DNA of 53,074 nt from Coleofasciculus sp. B1-GNL1-01 (GCA_040220235.1 JAVJTO010000083.1), one strand, 5' to 3'. Numbered from the stretch's first letter, positions 1 to 9,056 are shown. Notes: generated by a model not told the origin, from the sequence alone. A program made the numbers and translations.

Positions 1-554
1 ACCAATAGGGCAAAGGCTTCGTCAGGTATTTTGGCAATTGTTTCAGCATCAAAAAAGCCCTCAAACTGACTCAGAATCTTCTGGGCACGTTTGGCTGATG
101 TGGGATGATTGGTTATTTGTATCGTCAGTTGCGCCCACTGACGGCGAATTAAACAAGCCCGTTTTCGCTCATCGGCTGATTTTGGAGTAAGCAAGTTCAT
201 ATCCCCCACAGGTATCACTTGCCGACAATCATGATCAAATATTCCACCGACGGCGGCACCAGGTCCAGCAAACTCGGCGTGATAACGTTTATAGATAATT
301 AAACCATTCCGACGACGCGGATCAACAATTGATAATTGATTATTTAACCCAAATTTTTCAGTCATTGATACTTTTGGCTTTTCGGATGAGATACCTAAAG
401 CCGATGTCATTGATGATTTGGATGGTTCAGGTGAGACACCTGAATCTAATCTCTCTGTGCTTAGTTTGTCCGACTCCGGGGATAATTTAGGCGAATGATT
501 CACTATCAAAAAATGATTGGAACTCTCCAGACCGAGATTGTTGGGCTGGTTCAT
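1..554 (-). CDS. Conserved cyanobacterial hypothetical protein (runs off window start)
   Basis: Hand translation from ATG at 554: MNQPNNLG...DPRRRNGLIIYKRYHAEFAGPGAAVGG...IRRQWAQLT...PDEAFALL; open to base 1; absent from the ORF track because it has no stop in the window. Confidence 0.7.
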   Translation of the reverse strand, partial: MNQPNNLGLESSNHFLIVNHSPKLSPESDKLSTERLDSGVSPEPSKSSMTSALGISSEKPKVSMTEKFGLNNQLSIVDPRRRNGLIIYKRYHAEFAGPGAAVGGIFDHDCRQVIPVGDMNLLTPKSADERKRACLIRRQWAQLTIQITNHPTSAKRAQKILSQFEGFFDAETIAKIPDEAFALL

Positions 555-609
555 TGTCACTAGGGCAGGGGTTTACTCCTGTTTTAACGCAATCGCCGTT
601 GTACTTATC

Positions 610-1656
610 CTACAAACTCCTAATCGCTGCCAATTGAGCTAGGATTGCATCCTCAGTGCCATAGTCCAGCAATTCTGGTGCTGCTGCCGAGGAAACGGTT
701 TCAGACGAGTGAATTCGTTCCCACTCAATGGTACGCTTCAGTGCTTCTGCTAAGAGGACGGGTTCAACATAACCCAATTCCTGGCGGATGCGGGTAGAAT
801 CGACCACCCAATGCTGTTCTAAATTGTAGGGCAAACTCCAACTGTCTGGCATCAGGGATGGTGACGCAATTACGACTTCACCCGTCCATCCAGCCACTTG
901 TCCAATGCGTCGAATCCGTTCTGCTTCCGTCGGAAATTCTGCCTCTGCTATATTGTAAACCTGACCAGTCGCTCGGTCATCGGTAATGGCAAGTGCGATC
1001 GCAGCCGCGACATTCTCCACATATCCCCATACGCCGCGCCACTGGGCAAAACGTTGTGCCAATACAATGGCTGGACGCTGTTCATCCATCCGCTTCACGT
1101 AGGGAAACAGGCGGTGCAAGGGGTCACCGGGTCCATAAACCATCGGTAGCCGTAAAATTGTACCCGGTAACTCTGGGTCATTTCTAACGACTCGTTCAAC
1201 TAGAATTTTCTCATAATCGGCGGGGACTTCTAAAGGTCGTTCGGAGAAGTCCTGATAGGGATAAAGGTTTTGACGTAAGGGAGAAGTTTCTGTAATCGGT
1301 AGAGGTTCTAGGGGTTCAGATTCAATGCCACGCAGTACATCATAAACCCGATATACATCGCCACTGCTAATCACGACGACTCGTTGAGCAATGCCGTTGA
1401 ATGTACTCATCAGAGTTCTAGCATCTTGTTCAGTATAGGCGATCGCATCCAGAACCACTTGAGGTGAAATTTGCTCAAACTCGGCTTGGAAATCCCTGAG
1501 GTTTTGACGATTTCCGTAAATATGATCAACTCCTGATGGTAAATCAGCGTGGGTTTGTCCGCGATGGAACACCGTCACCTCATGTCCCATGGCTACAAGT
1601 CGATGGATAACCGGAGGACTAATAAAATTTGTGCCGCCAATTATGAGGATTTTCAT
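610..1656 (-). CDS. NAD-dependent epimerase/dehydratase (atypical SDR)
   Basis: N-terminal ILIIGGTNFIS Rossmann motif, SSGDVY, YEKI, LRLPMVYGP. Confidence 0.85.
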   Translation of the reverse strand: MKILIIGGTNFISPPVIHRLVAMGHEVTVFHRGQTHADLPSGVDHIYGNRQNLRDFQAEFEQISPQVVLDAIAYTEQDARTLMSTFNGIAQRVVVISSGDVYRVYDVLRGIESEPLEPLPITETSPLRQNLYPYQDFSERPLEVPADYEKILVERVVRNDPELPGTILRLPMVYGPGDPLHRLFPYVKRMDEQRPAIVLAQRFAQWRGVWGYVENVAAAIALAITDDRATGQVYNIAEAEFPTEAERIRRIGQVAGWTGEVVIASPSLMPDSWSLPYNLEQHWVVDSTRIRQELGYVEPVLLAEALKRTIEWERIHSSETVSSAAAPELLDYGTEDAILAQLAAIRSL

Positions 1657-1658
1657 CG

Positions 1659-2964
1659 TTACTCCTGATTGGGCGATGGAATTCCAGTGATTTCGCTAAC
1701 GCGTTTAGACGCTGTGTTAATTAGCGAGGTATCAATATCGATGTGATAGTTGCCTTGTTTTAAAAGTTGGAGAATCACTTGACGTAAATCAGCATTCCCT
1801 TTGCGTGCGCCTAAACCATTAATTGAGCCTTCGATTTGCCTGACTCCCCACTCTAGCCCGATGATTGAATTCTCTACTGCCTTACCTAAATCATTATGAC
1901 CGAAAACCAGGGACACAAGCTTCGTCCTTCTAGGACGACTTGGATTGTCTTTTGGCACGACGGCAAATGTTGTGCTAATTTCTAAGGGTAGTCTAGCACA
2001 GGCGAAAGTCGTGAGTATCGCCAATCCACACTTATCACGTAAAGTGATGCTAGTACATGAGGCGCGGACAACCTCTTCAAAAACGCATGGACTTAAACGA
2101 GTGCCGATACCAGAAAAGTGCAGCAATGGGTTAGTTGTAAAACTCAAAAAATGTACCGTAGGGCATACGGGAACATAGAGAGAAATCTCTAAACGCTTAG
2201 GGAGCAGGTTCCCTCTGGGGTTATCTAAATTAGGCTCAACATTTGGTAGTGTACTACGGGTGTTTGGTTTAAGTATTGCCGTAAGGATAGATAATTGTAA
2301 GGTGTGTCGCGGAACTAAGAATCCCCTCACTTGTAGGGCGGGGAGTGTCAAAGTGGACAGACAAAACGGCTTGGTCAATAGTCGGGACTCGGTTAACAAT
2401 CATTTGCATCAGTTTAGCAAAGCTTGCCGGTGACTCCAATCCCAGGCTGTCGGGAATATTGATGGTGGTTGCGCCTTGGCGGATAGCGACTTCAATCGCT
2501 TGACACAAAAAATCGGGATGACTGCGAGGTGCATCAAAGGCGCTCCATTCTACATCATCACAGAGGTTGCGGCAAAGAGAAATACTATCGTTGATGGTGG
2601 CTAATATATCCGCTTCTCTGTGGCTGGGAATATTAACCGATGTGTACGTATGAATTCTGCCTCGATTCGCGGGTTTTATCGCTTCAGCTACCCGGAGAAT
2701 TTCCTCTCGTTTAAAACTAGCTATTCCACAAATTATTGATTTTTTTATCTGTTTAGCAATAGTAACTATTTCATCAAAATCCTTAGTGTACTGTCCTGGA
2801 TACCCGACTTCAAATACATCTACACCTATAGTTTCGAGCAATTTAGCCAGTCTTATTTTTTGCTGGACATTCATTTTTACTCCAGGTGTGAGTTCTCCAT
2901 CTCGCATCGTGGTATCGAAGAGAATGACTTTCAGCGGGTTTTCCGGTTTGGTTAGGTTTTTCAT
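1659..2964 (-). pseudogene. Short 2-isopropylmalate-synthase-like (DRE-TIM/HMGL-like) gene interrupted by a 451-bp insertion; reconstructed length 284 aa
   Basis: FDTTMRDGE, TTINIPDSLG and ...LSVH lie in ORF 2269-2964; HNDLGKAVENS...GSINGLG..GNA lies in ORF 1659-2399. Removing 1901-2351 restores CAC TGT CAT AAT GAT (SVHCHNDLG) in frame. Confidence 0.88.
1901..2351 (+). mobile_element. Non-autonomous IS200/IS605-family element (left end + internal region + tnpB 3' tail/omegaRNA region + right end)
   Basis: Inserted 3' of TGAC with no duplication. Left hairpin AAGCTTCGTCCTTCTAGGACGACTT with guide CAAG at +16..+19. TnpB-like tail TVGHTGT* at about 2155-2178. Right end GAATCCCC...GGGGAGTGTCAA. 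Confidence 0.88.
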
Positions 2965-3076
2965 GAAAAGAGAAGAATTATGTTGCCGATCAAAACGCTC
3001 AATCCTTAGAACCTATTCCCTGTTTCCTGTTTTTTAAGGTAAATTTGATAGTGGCATTTAGCACCCATCATCAACT

Positions 3077-4348
3077 ATGCAACTGCTGTGCATCAGCAAC
3101 GGTCACGGAGAAGATGTCATTGCTGTCCGAATTTTACAGGAACTCAACGCTAGCCCAGATGCACCCGAATTAGCCGCATTGCCGTTAGTGGGTGAAGGGG
3201 CAGCCTATCGACAATTGGATATTCCGATTGTTGGACCCGTGCAAACCATGCCCTCTGGTGGTTTTATCTATATGGAAGGGCGTCACCTGCTGCGGGATGT
3301 GCAGAGTGGTTTGTTGAAATTGACCTGGGCGCAATTGAAGGCGGTTCGCCGTTGGGCGAAACGCGGCGGGGTTATTTTAGCGGTGGGGGATATTGTCCCG
3401 CTTTTGTTTGCGTGGTTAAGTGGTGCCCCTTATGTTTTTGTCGGGACAGCTAAATCGGAGTATTATCTGCGGGATGAAGCGGGATGGTTACCGAATCGTA
3501 AGCGTCGGGAAGGATGGTCTGGTTCGGTGTATTTGCCGTGGGAACGTTGGTTGATGAGTCGCAAGCGATGCAAGGCGGTGTTTCCTAGAGATAAACTGAC
3601 AACAGAAATTTTGCAAAAATGGTCAATTCCAGCATTGGATTTAGGGAACCCGATGATGGATGGGATTGAACCAGAACAGCCAGAACCGATATTCTATGAA
3701 CCCGATGCCGAACAAAAAGAAATGCAGCGTCCTTTGGTGGTTGCATTATTACCGGGTTCGAGAATGCCAGAAGCCTACCAGAATTGGCAGAAAATCGCCC
3801 TAGCCGCAAATGGGTTATTGGAGGCTTACCCAGAACGATCTGTGGTGTTTCTCGGCGCGATCGCACCCGCTTTGAGTCTTGAACCCTTACAAGAAACGTT
3901 GATAGGGTATGGCTGGTGTCAGCAGCCTCTGGAAGCCATCAACATGAACCTGAAGTTGAATGATCCGAGTGCGATCGCGTTCACCCAAAAGAATGGCATC
4001 TTGATATTAACCCAAGACGACTATACCCTTTGTCTGCTCAAAGCCGACTGCTGCATTGCCATGGCGGGAACCGCAACCGAACAATTTGTGGGATTAGGAA
4101 AACCTGCGATCGCGATTCCGGGAACGGGTCCTCAATACACCCCAGCTTTTGCTGAAGCCCAAACGCGACTATTAGGACCATCCTTAATATTAGTCGAACA
4201 ACCGGATCGAGTGGCTGAAGTCTTGCAGCAGTTGTTACGCGATCCAGATCGCTTACAACTGATTGCCGAAAATGGTCGCCGTCGTATGGGTCAATCTGGT
4301 GCAGCGCGACGCATTGCCGATTGTTTGATGGAACGGTTTGAGAAATAA
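3077..4348 (+). CDS. Lipid-A-disaccharide synthase-related glycosyltransferase-fold protein
   Basis: SNGHGED, LLPGSR and AMAGTATEQFVGLGKP motifs typical of this cyanobacterial family. Confidence 0.85.
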   Translation: MQLLCISNGHGEDVIAVRILQELNASPDAPELAALPLVGEGAAYRQLDIPIVGPVQTMPSGGFIYMEGRHLLRDVQSGLLKLTWAQLKAVRRWAKRGGVILAVGDIVPLLFAWLSGAPYVFVGTAKSEYYLRDEAGWLPNRKRREGWSGSVYLPWERWLMSRKRCKAVFPRDKLTTEILQKWSIPALDLGNPMMDGIEPEQPEPIFYEPDAEQKEMQRPLVVALLPGSRMPEAYQNWQKIALAANGLLEAYPERSVVFLGAIAPALSLEPLQETLIGYGWCQQPLEAINMNLKLNDPSAIAFTQKNGILILTQDDYTLCLLKADCCIAMAGTATEQFVGLGKPAIAIPGTGPQYTPAFAEAQTRLLGPSLILVEQPDRVAEVLQQLLRDPDRLQLIAENGRRRMGQSGAARRIADCLMERFEK

Positions 4349-4429
4349 TTCTAACCTTTGAAAGATGTTAGTTTGAGAGAAACTATTGTATTCCTAAACA
4401 GGAGATTCAATAAAAACCCGATCAAACTC

Positions 4430-4843
4430 ATGCCCAATCTTGTTGAGACTGCCATCAACGCTGGTTCATTCAACACCCTAGTCAAGGCGGTTGAGGCTGC
4501 CAATTTAGTCGATACTCTCAAGAGTCCTGGTCCTTACACCATTTTTGCGCCTATTGATGAGGCGTTTGCTAAACTCCCAGAGGGAACCTTAGACACTCTC
4601 TTGCAGGATATTCCTAAACTTAAGAAAATTCTGACCTATCATGTTGTCTCTGGAGATGTCAGAAGTGATAACCTGATAGAGTTACAAGAAGTACCAACCC
4701 TAGAAGGTTCAGTATTAGCGATCGATACATCCAGTGGTTATAAAGTGAATCAAGCGATTGTGGTTAAACCGGATATTCTGGCTGATAACGGTGTCATTCA
4801 TGTGATTGACTCAATCTTGATGCCAGCAATCATGTCCAGTTAA
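4430..4843 (+). CDS. Fasciclin (FAS1) domain protein
   Basis: GPYTIFAPIDEAF, ILTYHVV, NGVIHVIDSIL; ATG at 4430 preferred over upstream TTG. Confidence 0.9.
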   Translation: MPNLVETAINAGSFNTLVKAVEAANLVDTLKSPGPYTIFAPIDEAFAKLPEGTLDTLLQDIPKLKKILTYHVVSGDVRSDNLIELQEVPTLEGSVLAIDTSSGYKVNQAIVVKPDILADNGVIHVIDSILMPAIMSS

Positions 4844-4954
4844 ATTTTTTATGTTGCGTACTTTGTCACTAATTAGTTAGTTTTAATACCCAAAACTATT
4901 CCTTAGTAAAGTTTTGGGTATCCTCTCAATATTTTCAGTTGTTGTTAGTGGCGG

Positions 4955-5082
4955 TAAGCTGTCATGCATTTCAATTGGGTATTAGTAGCGAGCAAGATGC
5001 AAAGCCTGCGGCATGGCTTCGCTAAACGCACTACAAGGATTTCACCATTATTGACATTAAGGTTTAAATGCCGAACAGCTTA
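4955..5082. mobile_element. MITE-like repeat with TAAGCTGT...ACAGCTTA ends
   Basis: Inverted termini sit within a GGCGG...CCGCC hairpin; interior holds a REP-like GTAGCGAGCAAGATGC...GCACTAC. Confidence 0.6.
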
Positions 5083-5089
5083 AGCCGCC

Positions 5090-5986
5090 CTAATCTGCTT
5101 TCATTCGCTTACGTTTTGCCACCAAGAAACCACCCAAGCCAAATAGCCCTAATAATGTGGTTGGTTCCGGTACAGATGCAATATCAGGTTCATCACCCGG
5201 ATCTGTAGGCGGTTCTTGGACAACAGGGGGTTCAGGTTCAGGTTGAGGAGATGGGGCTTCATCAACAGGTCCAGGTTCATCAACAGGAAGTTCAGGTTCA
5301 GGAGATGGGTCTTCGACAACAGGTAACAGCGCGATCGGTTCGGGTATAGAATTGATGGGAGTGATTGAATAGTCGAAAGATACTAAACCAGGCTCTGTCA
5401 AACCGTCATCAACCAGAGACATTGCTGTTTGGGTAAAACCGCCACTTACTGTCAGATTAACATCATCAGGGAAAAATACAGAGGCGGTGGCACTACCGTT
5501 AAACAGAACACTACAGGTATTCTCTAAACAGCTTTCGATATCACCATAAGTATAGTTACCTACCACAATTTCACTATCTTGGAAAAAGACATCAAACCCC
5601 GATAGAAGATTGTTCTCGGAATCTAGAATAGAACCCTGAACGTCAATATAATTAATCTCTGGTAAAACGATGCTAGGTAGGAGTTCCTTTAAATAGTCCT
5701 CAACATGGCTAAGACCCAACGTTAGCTCTTCATCTTCGGCATCAGATAGCCGACCATGGGCGTTATCGACAATAATTGTACTCTCGAAATCTACCTGTTG
5801 TGGATCAAGGATCGCTTGAAGATCTGGTGGTAACAATGACGACAAAAAGGGATTAACATTTACGTCAAACGCAACAGAGCCAGAGGAGTCAATTTTTGTC
5901 AGGTGAGCCGCTTCAGCCGGAGCCATACCTACCACACCGAGAGTCATAACTCCAGCTCCAGCAACTGCCATATATAGCTTATTCAT
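5090..5986 (-). CDS. PEP-CTERM sorting-domain surface protein with Pro/Glu-rich linker
   Basis: Signal peptide, acidic body, C-terminal VPEPTTLLGLFGLGGFLVAKRKR. Confidence 0.9.
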   Translation of the reverse strand: MNKLYMAVAGAGVMTLGVVGMAPAEAAHLTKIDSSGSVAFDVNVNPFLSSLLPPDLQAILDPQQVDFESTIIVDNAHGRLSDAEDEELTLGLSHVEDYLKELLPSIVLPEINYIDVQGSILDSENNLLSGFDVFFQDSEIVVGNYTYGDIESCLENTCSVLFNGSATASVFFPDDVNLTVSGGFTQTAMSLVDDGLTEPGLVSFDYSITPINSIPEPIALLPVVEDPSPEPELPVDEPGPVDEAPSPQPEPEPPVVQEPPTDPGDEPDIASVPEPTTLLGLFGLGGFLVAKRKRMKAD

Positions 5987-6066
5987 GCTGATTTGCCGCT
6001 CTCCTACACTAATATAATATGTACACTTTCCCTATTTAATATATGGGAAGCATAGATCTGAGTCGG

Positions 6067-6121
6067 TAAAGTAACCATGAAGTTTATATGAAGTTTATAT
6101 GAAGTTTTGATGAAGTTTTTG
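6067..6121 (-). promoter_or_regulatory. Five tandem 11-bp repeats T(G/A)AAGTTTNNN upstream of a PEP-CTERM gene
   Basis: taaagtaacca tgaagtttata tgaagtttata tgaagttttga tgaagtttttg. Confidence 0.6.
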
Positions 6122-6210
6122 GATCGTCCAGTCGTGGGGAGGCGATCGCACAAAAAAAAGAGGGAGTTATCTCCCTCAGACATAATACAAATGTTCTAAT
6201 CTGTGACTGA

Positions 6211-7227
6211 CTATTTTTTCTGCTTGCGCTTAGCAGCAAACATGCCACCCGCCGCCAACAGGCTTCCTAGTACAAAGGAGGGTTCAGGAGCCTTTTCCAC
6301 TTCCACATTACTGGTTAGCTCAGGATCGTAGAGACCTGTATGAGACATCATATCCCCCTGTTCAAGCAACCCAGATGCTGCGGCGCTGAAGCTGTAGTGG
6401 TACGTTGTCTCTCCGTCATAGGTAATCTTGACAAGTTCAGCAGCTTGCACGGGTCGGTCACCCCAGACCATTGACAACATACCTTTCTGCTGATCGGTTA
6501 AATCATCAAAGATTAGGTCAACGGCATCATAGTGCCCCGCTAGCCCAACCTCTAGACTTCCCGTCATATCATCCATTTCAACATAGGCGATATTCGGATC
6601 GCTGAATCGTTGAAATCCGCCATTGTCCCGGAATTCGTTGAACAGACTCTCTTTACTATTGGGAATTGTGGGCATAAACATGTTCGCTGTCCTTAGCAAA
6701 TCATCGGTGATACCATAGGAGGTTAAAGCCGCCTCAAACCACTCGTTCGCCAAATTCAAATTATCGCCATTATAGTTATAGCTAGTATCCAAGGTTTCCC
6801 CAAACCAATCCGTTGCCGTTAAGCTACTCAGGGTAATGCTTTTGTCCCCCAGATCACCCATTAAGCTGGTCGTTGTGTCGTAATTCAAGAATTCATCAAG
6901 GGATAGTCGTTCACTATTGGCAAATAACTCAACATTGCCCCCCGGTTCACCTTTGTTACAACTGTTGCTGGGTATGAACGCTCCTCCAACCGAGCAACTT
7001 CCTTGCAGAACTGTTTCCAAATCTGCATCGTTGTTGAGCCTTGTAAAATCCGTGGTCGCTTCAGGATCTGGATTGGGGACGTGTTCGTAGATTAAATAGT
7101 CTTCTCCTTTTTCACCAGTCACCATAGGGTTAGTCAGAGATGCCGCCGACGCTGGATTGGTGGCGATCGCACTGACACCCACGGCAAGTGATGCCCCGAC
7201 GAGCAGTTTCTGGATATTGGTTTTCAT
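6211..7227 (-). CDS. PEP-CTERM protein (GGNVEL / GFQRFSDPNI type; NF038130-like from memory)
   Basis: Signal peptide, PGGNVELF, LSSLTATDWF, GFQRFSDPNIAYV, GLAGH, C-terminal APEPSFVLG...KRKQKK. Confidence 0.88.
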   Translation of the reverse strand: MKTNIQKLLVGASLAVGVSAIATNPASAASLTNPMVTGEKGEDYLIYEHVPNPDPEATTDFTRLNNDADLETVLQGSCSVGGAFIPSNSCNKGEPGGNVELFANSERLSLDEFLNYDTTTSLMGDLGDKSITLSSLTATDWFGETLDTSYNYNGDNLNLANEWFEAALTSYGITDDLLRTANMFMPTIPNSKESLFNEFRDNGGFQRFSDPNIAYVEMDDMTGSLEVGLAGHYDAVDLIFDDLTDQQKGMLSMVWGDRPVQAAELVKITYDGETTYHYSFSAAASGLLEQGDMMSHTGLYDPELTSNVEVEKAPEPSFVLGSLLAAGGMFAAKRKQKK

Positions 7228-7396
7228 TGCAGTATCTCCGTGACTTTATAGGTTGAGCCTTCTTAACAGCACATACACAGGGTTAGGCTTTGGCTAACCC
7301 TCTCTTGGCTCTAATAACCTCTGGTTGCCTTCTAACAGGCGATGTCTTCAGCCCTTGAGCTTTCGTCGCCTGCACACACATTTCCTCATCTCTTTA

Positions 7397-7450
7397 TAAA
7401 GTTTACATGAAGTTTCGCAAAAAATCGATAAAGTTTCGATAAAGTTGTAG
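7397..7450 (-). promoter_or_regulatory. 11-bp-period T(G/A)AAGTT repeats upstream of the second PEP-CTERM gene
   Basis: taaagtttaca tgaagtttcgc aaaaaatcga taaagtttcga taaagttgtag. Confidence 0.55.
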
Positions 7451-7671
7451 ACATTTTATTTTATATGTGCTAATCACTACTCAACTAAATATATATAAAA
7501 TAATCTAGCCAACCGTATACCTTTGGTGACATTTTGTAAAAAAATGGTGTATTTCCGCCGAAGTATGCATACTCACCGACAAAAATCAGATCTTCAAACC
7601 ACAAAGGGAGCCTGTTGGCTCCCTAAAAACTGATCTAATTGTCACAAACGCCTATCTCAGCGACATTTGAC

Positions 7672-8637
7672 CTAAGATTTTTTGCTCTGGCGTTTGGCGG
7701 CGACTAAACCACCTACGCCAATTAAGCCGAGTAGAATCGAGGGTTCTGGTACATCAACAGGATCATCAAGCGTAAACTGTGGATCATAGACTCCAGTATG
7801 CGATCGCGTTCCATCGTCGGACGAAAGGGTAGATCTAGCCGCACTGAAGGTATAAGCATAACTTGTTCTACCGTTATGGGTAACTTTAACCACCTCACTG
7901 GCTTGTAATTCCGATGGTAGTATCCCTAAAACTTGAGCTCGGTCGAGTTGTGCTTGCTGTGAAGGAGTGAGAACGCCTAATAACATATGTGTTGCGTCAT
8001 AGTGACCCGCTAAACCAATATCCACGAGACCTTCATTATTATTGACATAGCTGATATTTGCGTCACTGAACCGTTGGAACCCACCGTTGTTCAGGAATGT
8101 ACTGTATAAACTCCCTCGTGTGTAACCTAAACTGCCGAGTAATACATCGTTAATATTGTAGGCATCCAGAGCATCACTAAACCATTCATTGGCTAATGTA
8201 TTTGCTTCATAGTCAGTATTTAAGTCCTCTCCAAACCAGTCCACTGCCGTGAGACTACTCAGCGTCATGCTTCTATCATCATCAAACGTGGCTGTTAAAC
8301 TGGTAACGTCCTGATGATCTAAAAATTGCTCTAGGTCTAGTTTTTCACTGCTGGCGAATAATTCTACGTTTCCACCGGGTTCACCGGGTTGACATTGATA
8401 TTGAGGCAGATAGGCGGGAACACTGCAATTTCCTTGTAGGAGATCATTGATGTCGGCATTTGGTTTGGCTTCCGTTGTATCCAAGATGCCATCACCATCA
8501 GAATCGATCGCCTCATATTTAATAATATCTGAACCAGAGAGAGTAAACTCCGTTGCCGAAGCGGGGGCAGTAGCAAGCCCAGTGACACTGGCAAGAATTG
8601 ACGCGCCAACCAGTAGTTTATTCAGATTGCCTTTCAT
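7672..8637 (-). CDS. PEP-CTERM protein, paralog of 6211-7227
   Basis: Same PGGNVELF, LSSLTAVDWF and GFQRFSD motifs; C-terminal VPEPSILLGLIGVGGLVAAKR. Confidence 0.9.
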   Translation of the reverse strand: MKGNLNKLLVGASILASVTGLATAPASATEFTLSGSDIIKYEAIDSDGDGILDTTEAKPNADINDLLQGNCSVPAYLPQYQCQPGEPGGNVELFASSEKLDLEQFLDHQDVTSLTATFDDDRSMTLSSLTAVDWFGEDLNTDYEANTLANEWFSDALDAYNINDVLLGSLGYTRGSLYSTFLNNGGFQRFSDANISYVNNNEGLVDIGLAGHYDATHMLLGVLTPSQQAQLDRAQVLGILPSELQASEVVKVTHNGRTSYAYTFSAARSTLSSDDGTRSHTGVYDPQFTLDDPVDVPEPSILLGLIGVGGLVAAKRQSKKS

Positions 8638-8728
8638 GATTTCTTTCCTTACTTAGTTATTGAGTGGTTACAAAGCCAGCCGACTCTCAGATATTTTGTA
8701 TTATAAAAAGCTATACTATGCCAATGGG

Positions 8729-8780
8729 TAAAGCCCGTGTAAAACTTCTATAGGCTTCTGTGAAGATTTTGAGAAGATCA
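8729..8780 (-). promoter_or_regulatory. Degenerate 11-bp-period repeats upstream of the third PEP-CTERM gene
   Basis: taaagcccgtg taaaacttcta taggcttctg tgaagattttg agaagatca. Confidence 0.4.
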
Positions 8781-8787
8781 GGAAAAC

Positions 8788-8893
8788 CTAGTGCAGCGCG
8801 GCAGAAATAACTATCCAGTTTAAAAAGGTGCAACAGCTTACTGTACAAGCTTTCTTTCCTTCTGTCTCCTGCATTCTGCCTTCTTGCACTAAG
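8788..8893. mobile_element. MITE-like element, CTAGTGCA...TGCACTA(A)G family
   Basis: Ends CTAGTGCAGCGCGGCAGAA / TTCTGCCTTCTTGCACTAAG; related ends at 9057-9197, 37346 and 52796. Confidence 0.65.
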
Positions 8894-9056
8894 TAGTCGG
8901 ACAAAAGGAAACGGCACTGTACTAAGTCTTGTAAATAGTCCTCAAACCCTTACAGCACTTTCTAACACCGTGTAGTACAGCAATCATCAGATAGCTTTGC
9001 TCTACTCTTGTTTGGCTGTATCACATGGAGTCTGAAAACGCTATACTGTTCGGGAA

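Noticed and set aside
1982..2016. CTAAGGGTAGTCTAG followed by a GAAA hairpin resembles a group I intron J8/7-P7-P9 end (IStron)
   Set aside because: There is no room for P3-P6 upstream, the element ends in TCAA rather than G on that strand, and it is antisense to the host gene.
1945..2178. 77-aa ORF inside the mini-element
   Set aside because: Only the last few residues resemble a TnpB tail; no RuvC or zinc-finger motifs.
6067..6121. Short repeats as a CRISPR array (also 24941-25061 and 39501-39575)
   Set aside because: Units are 7-11 bp with no unique spacers, and there are no cas genes.
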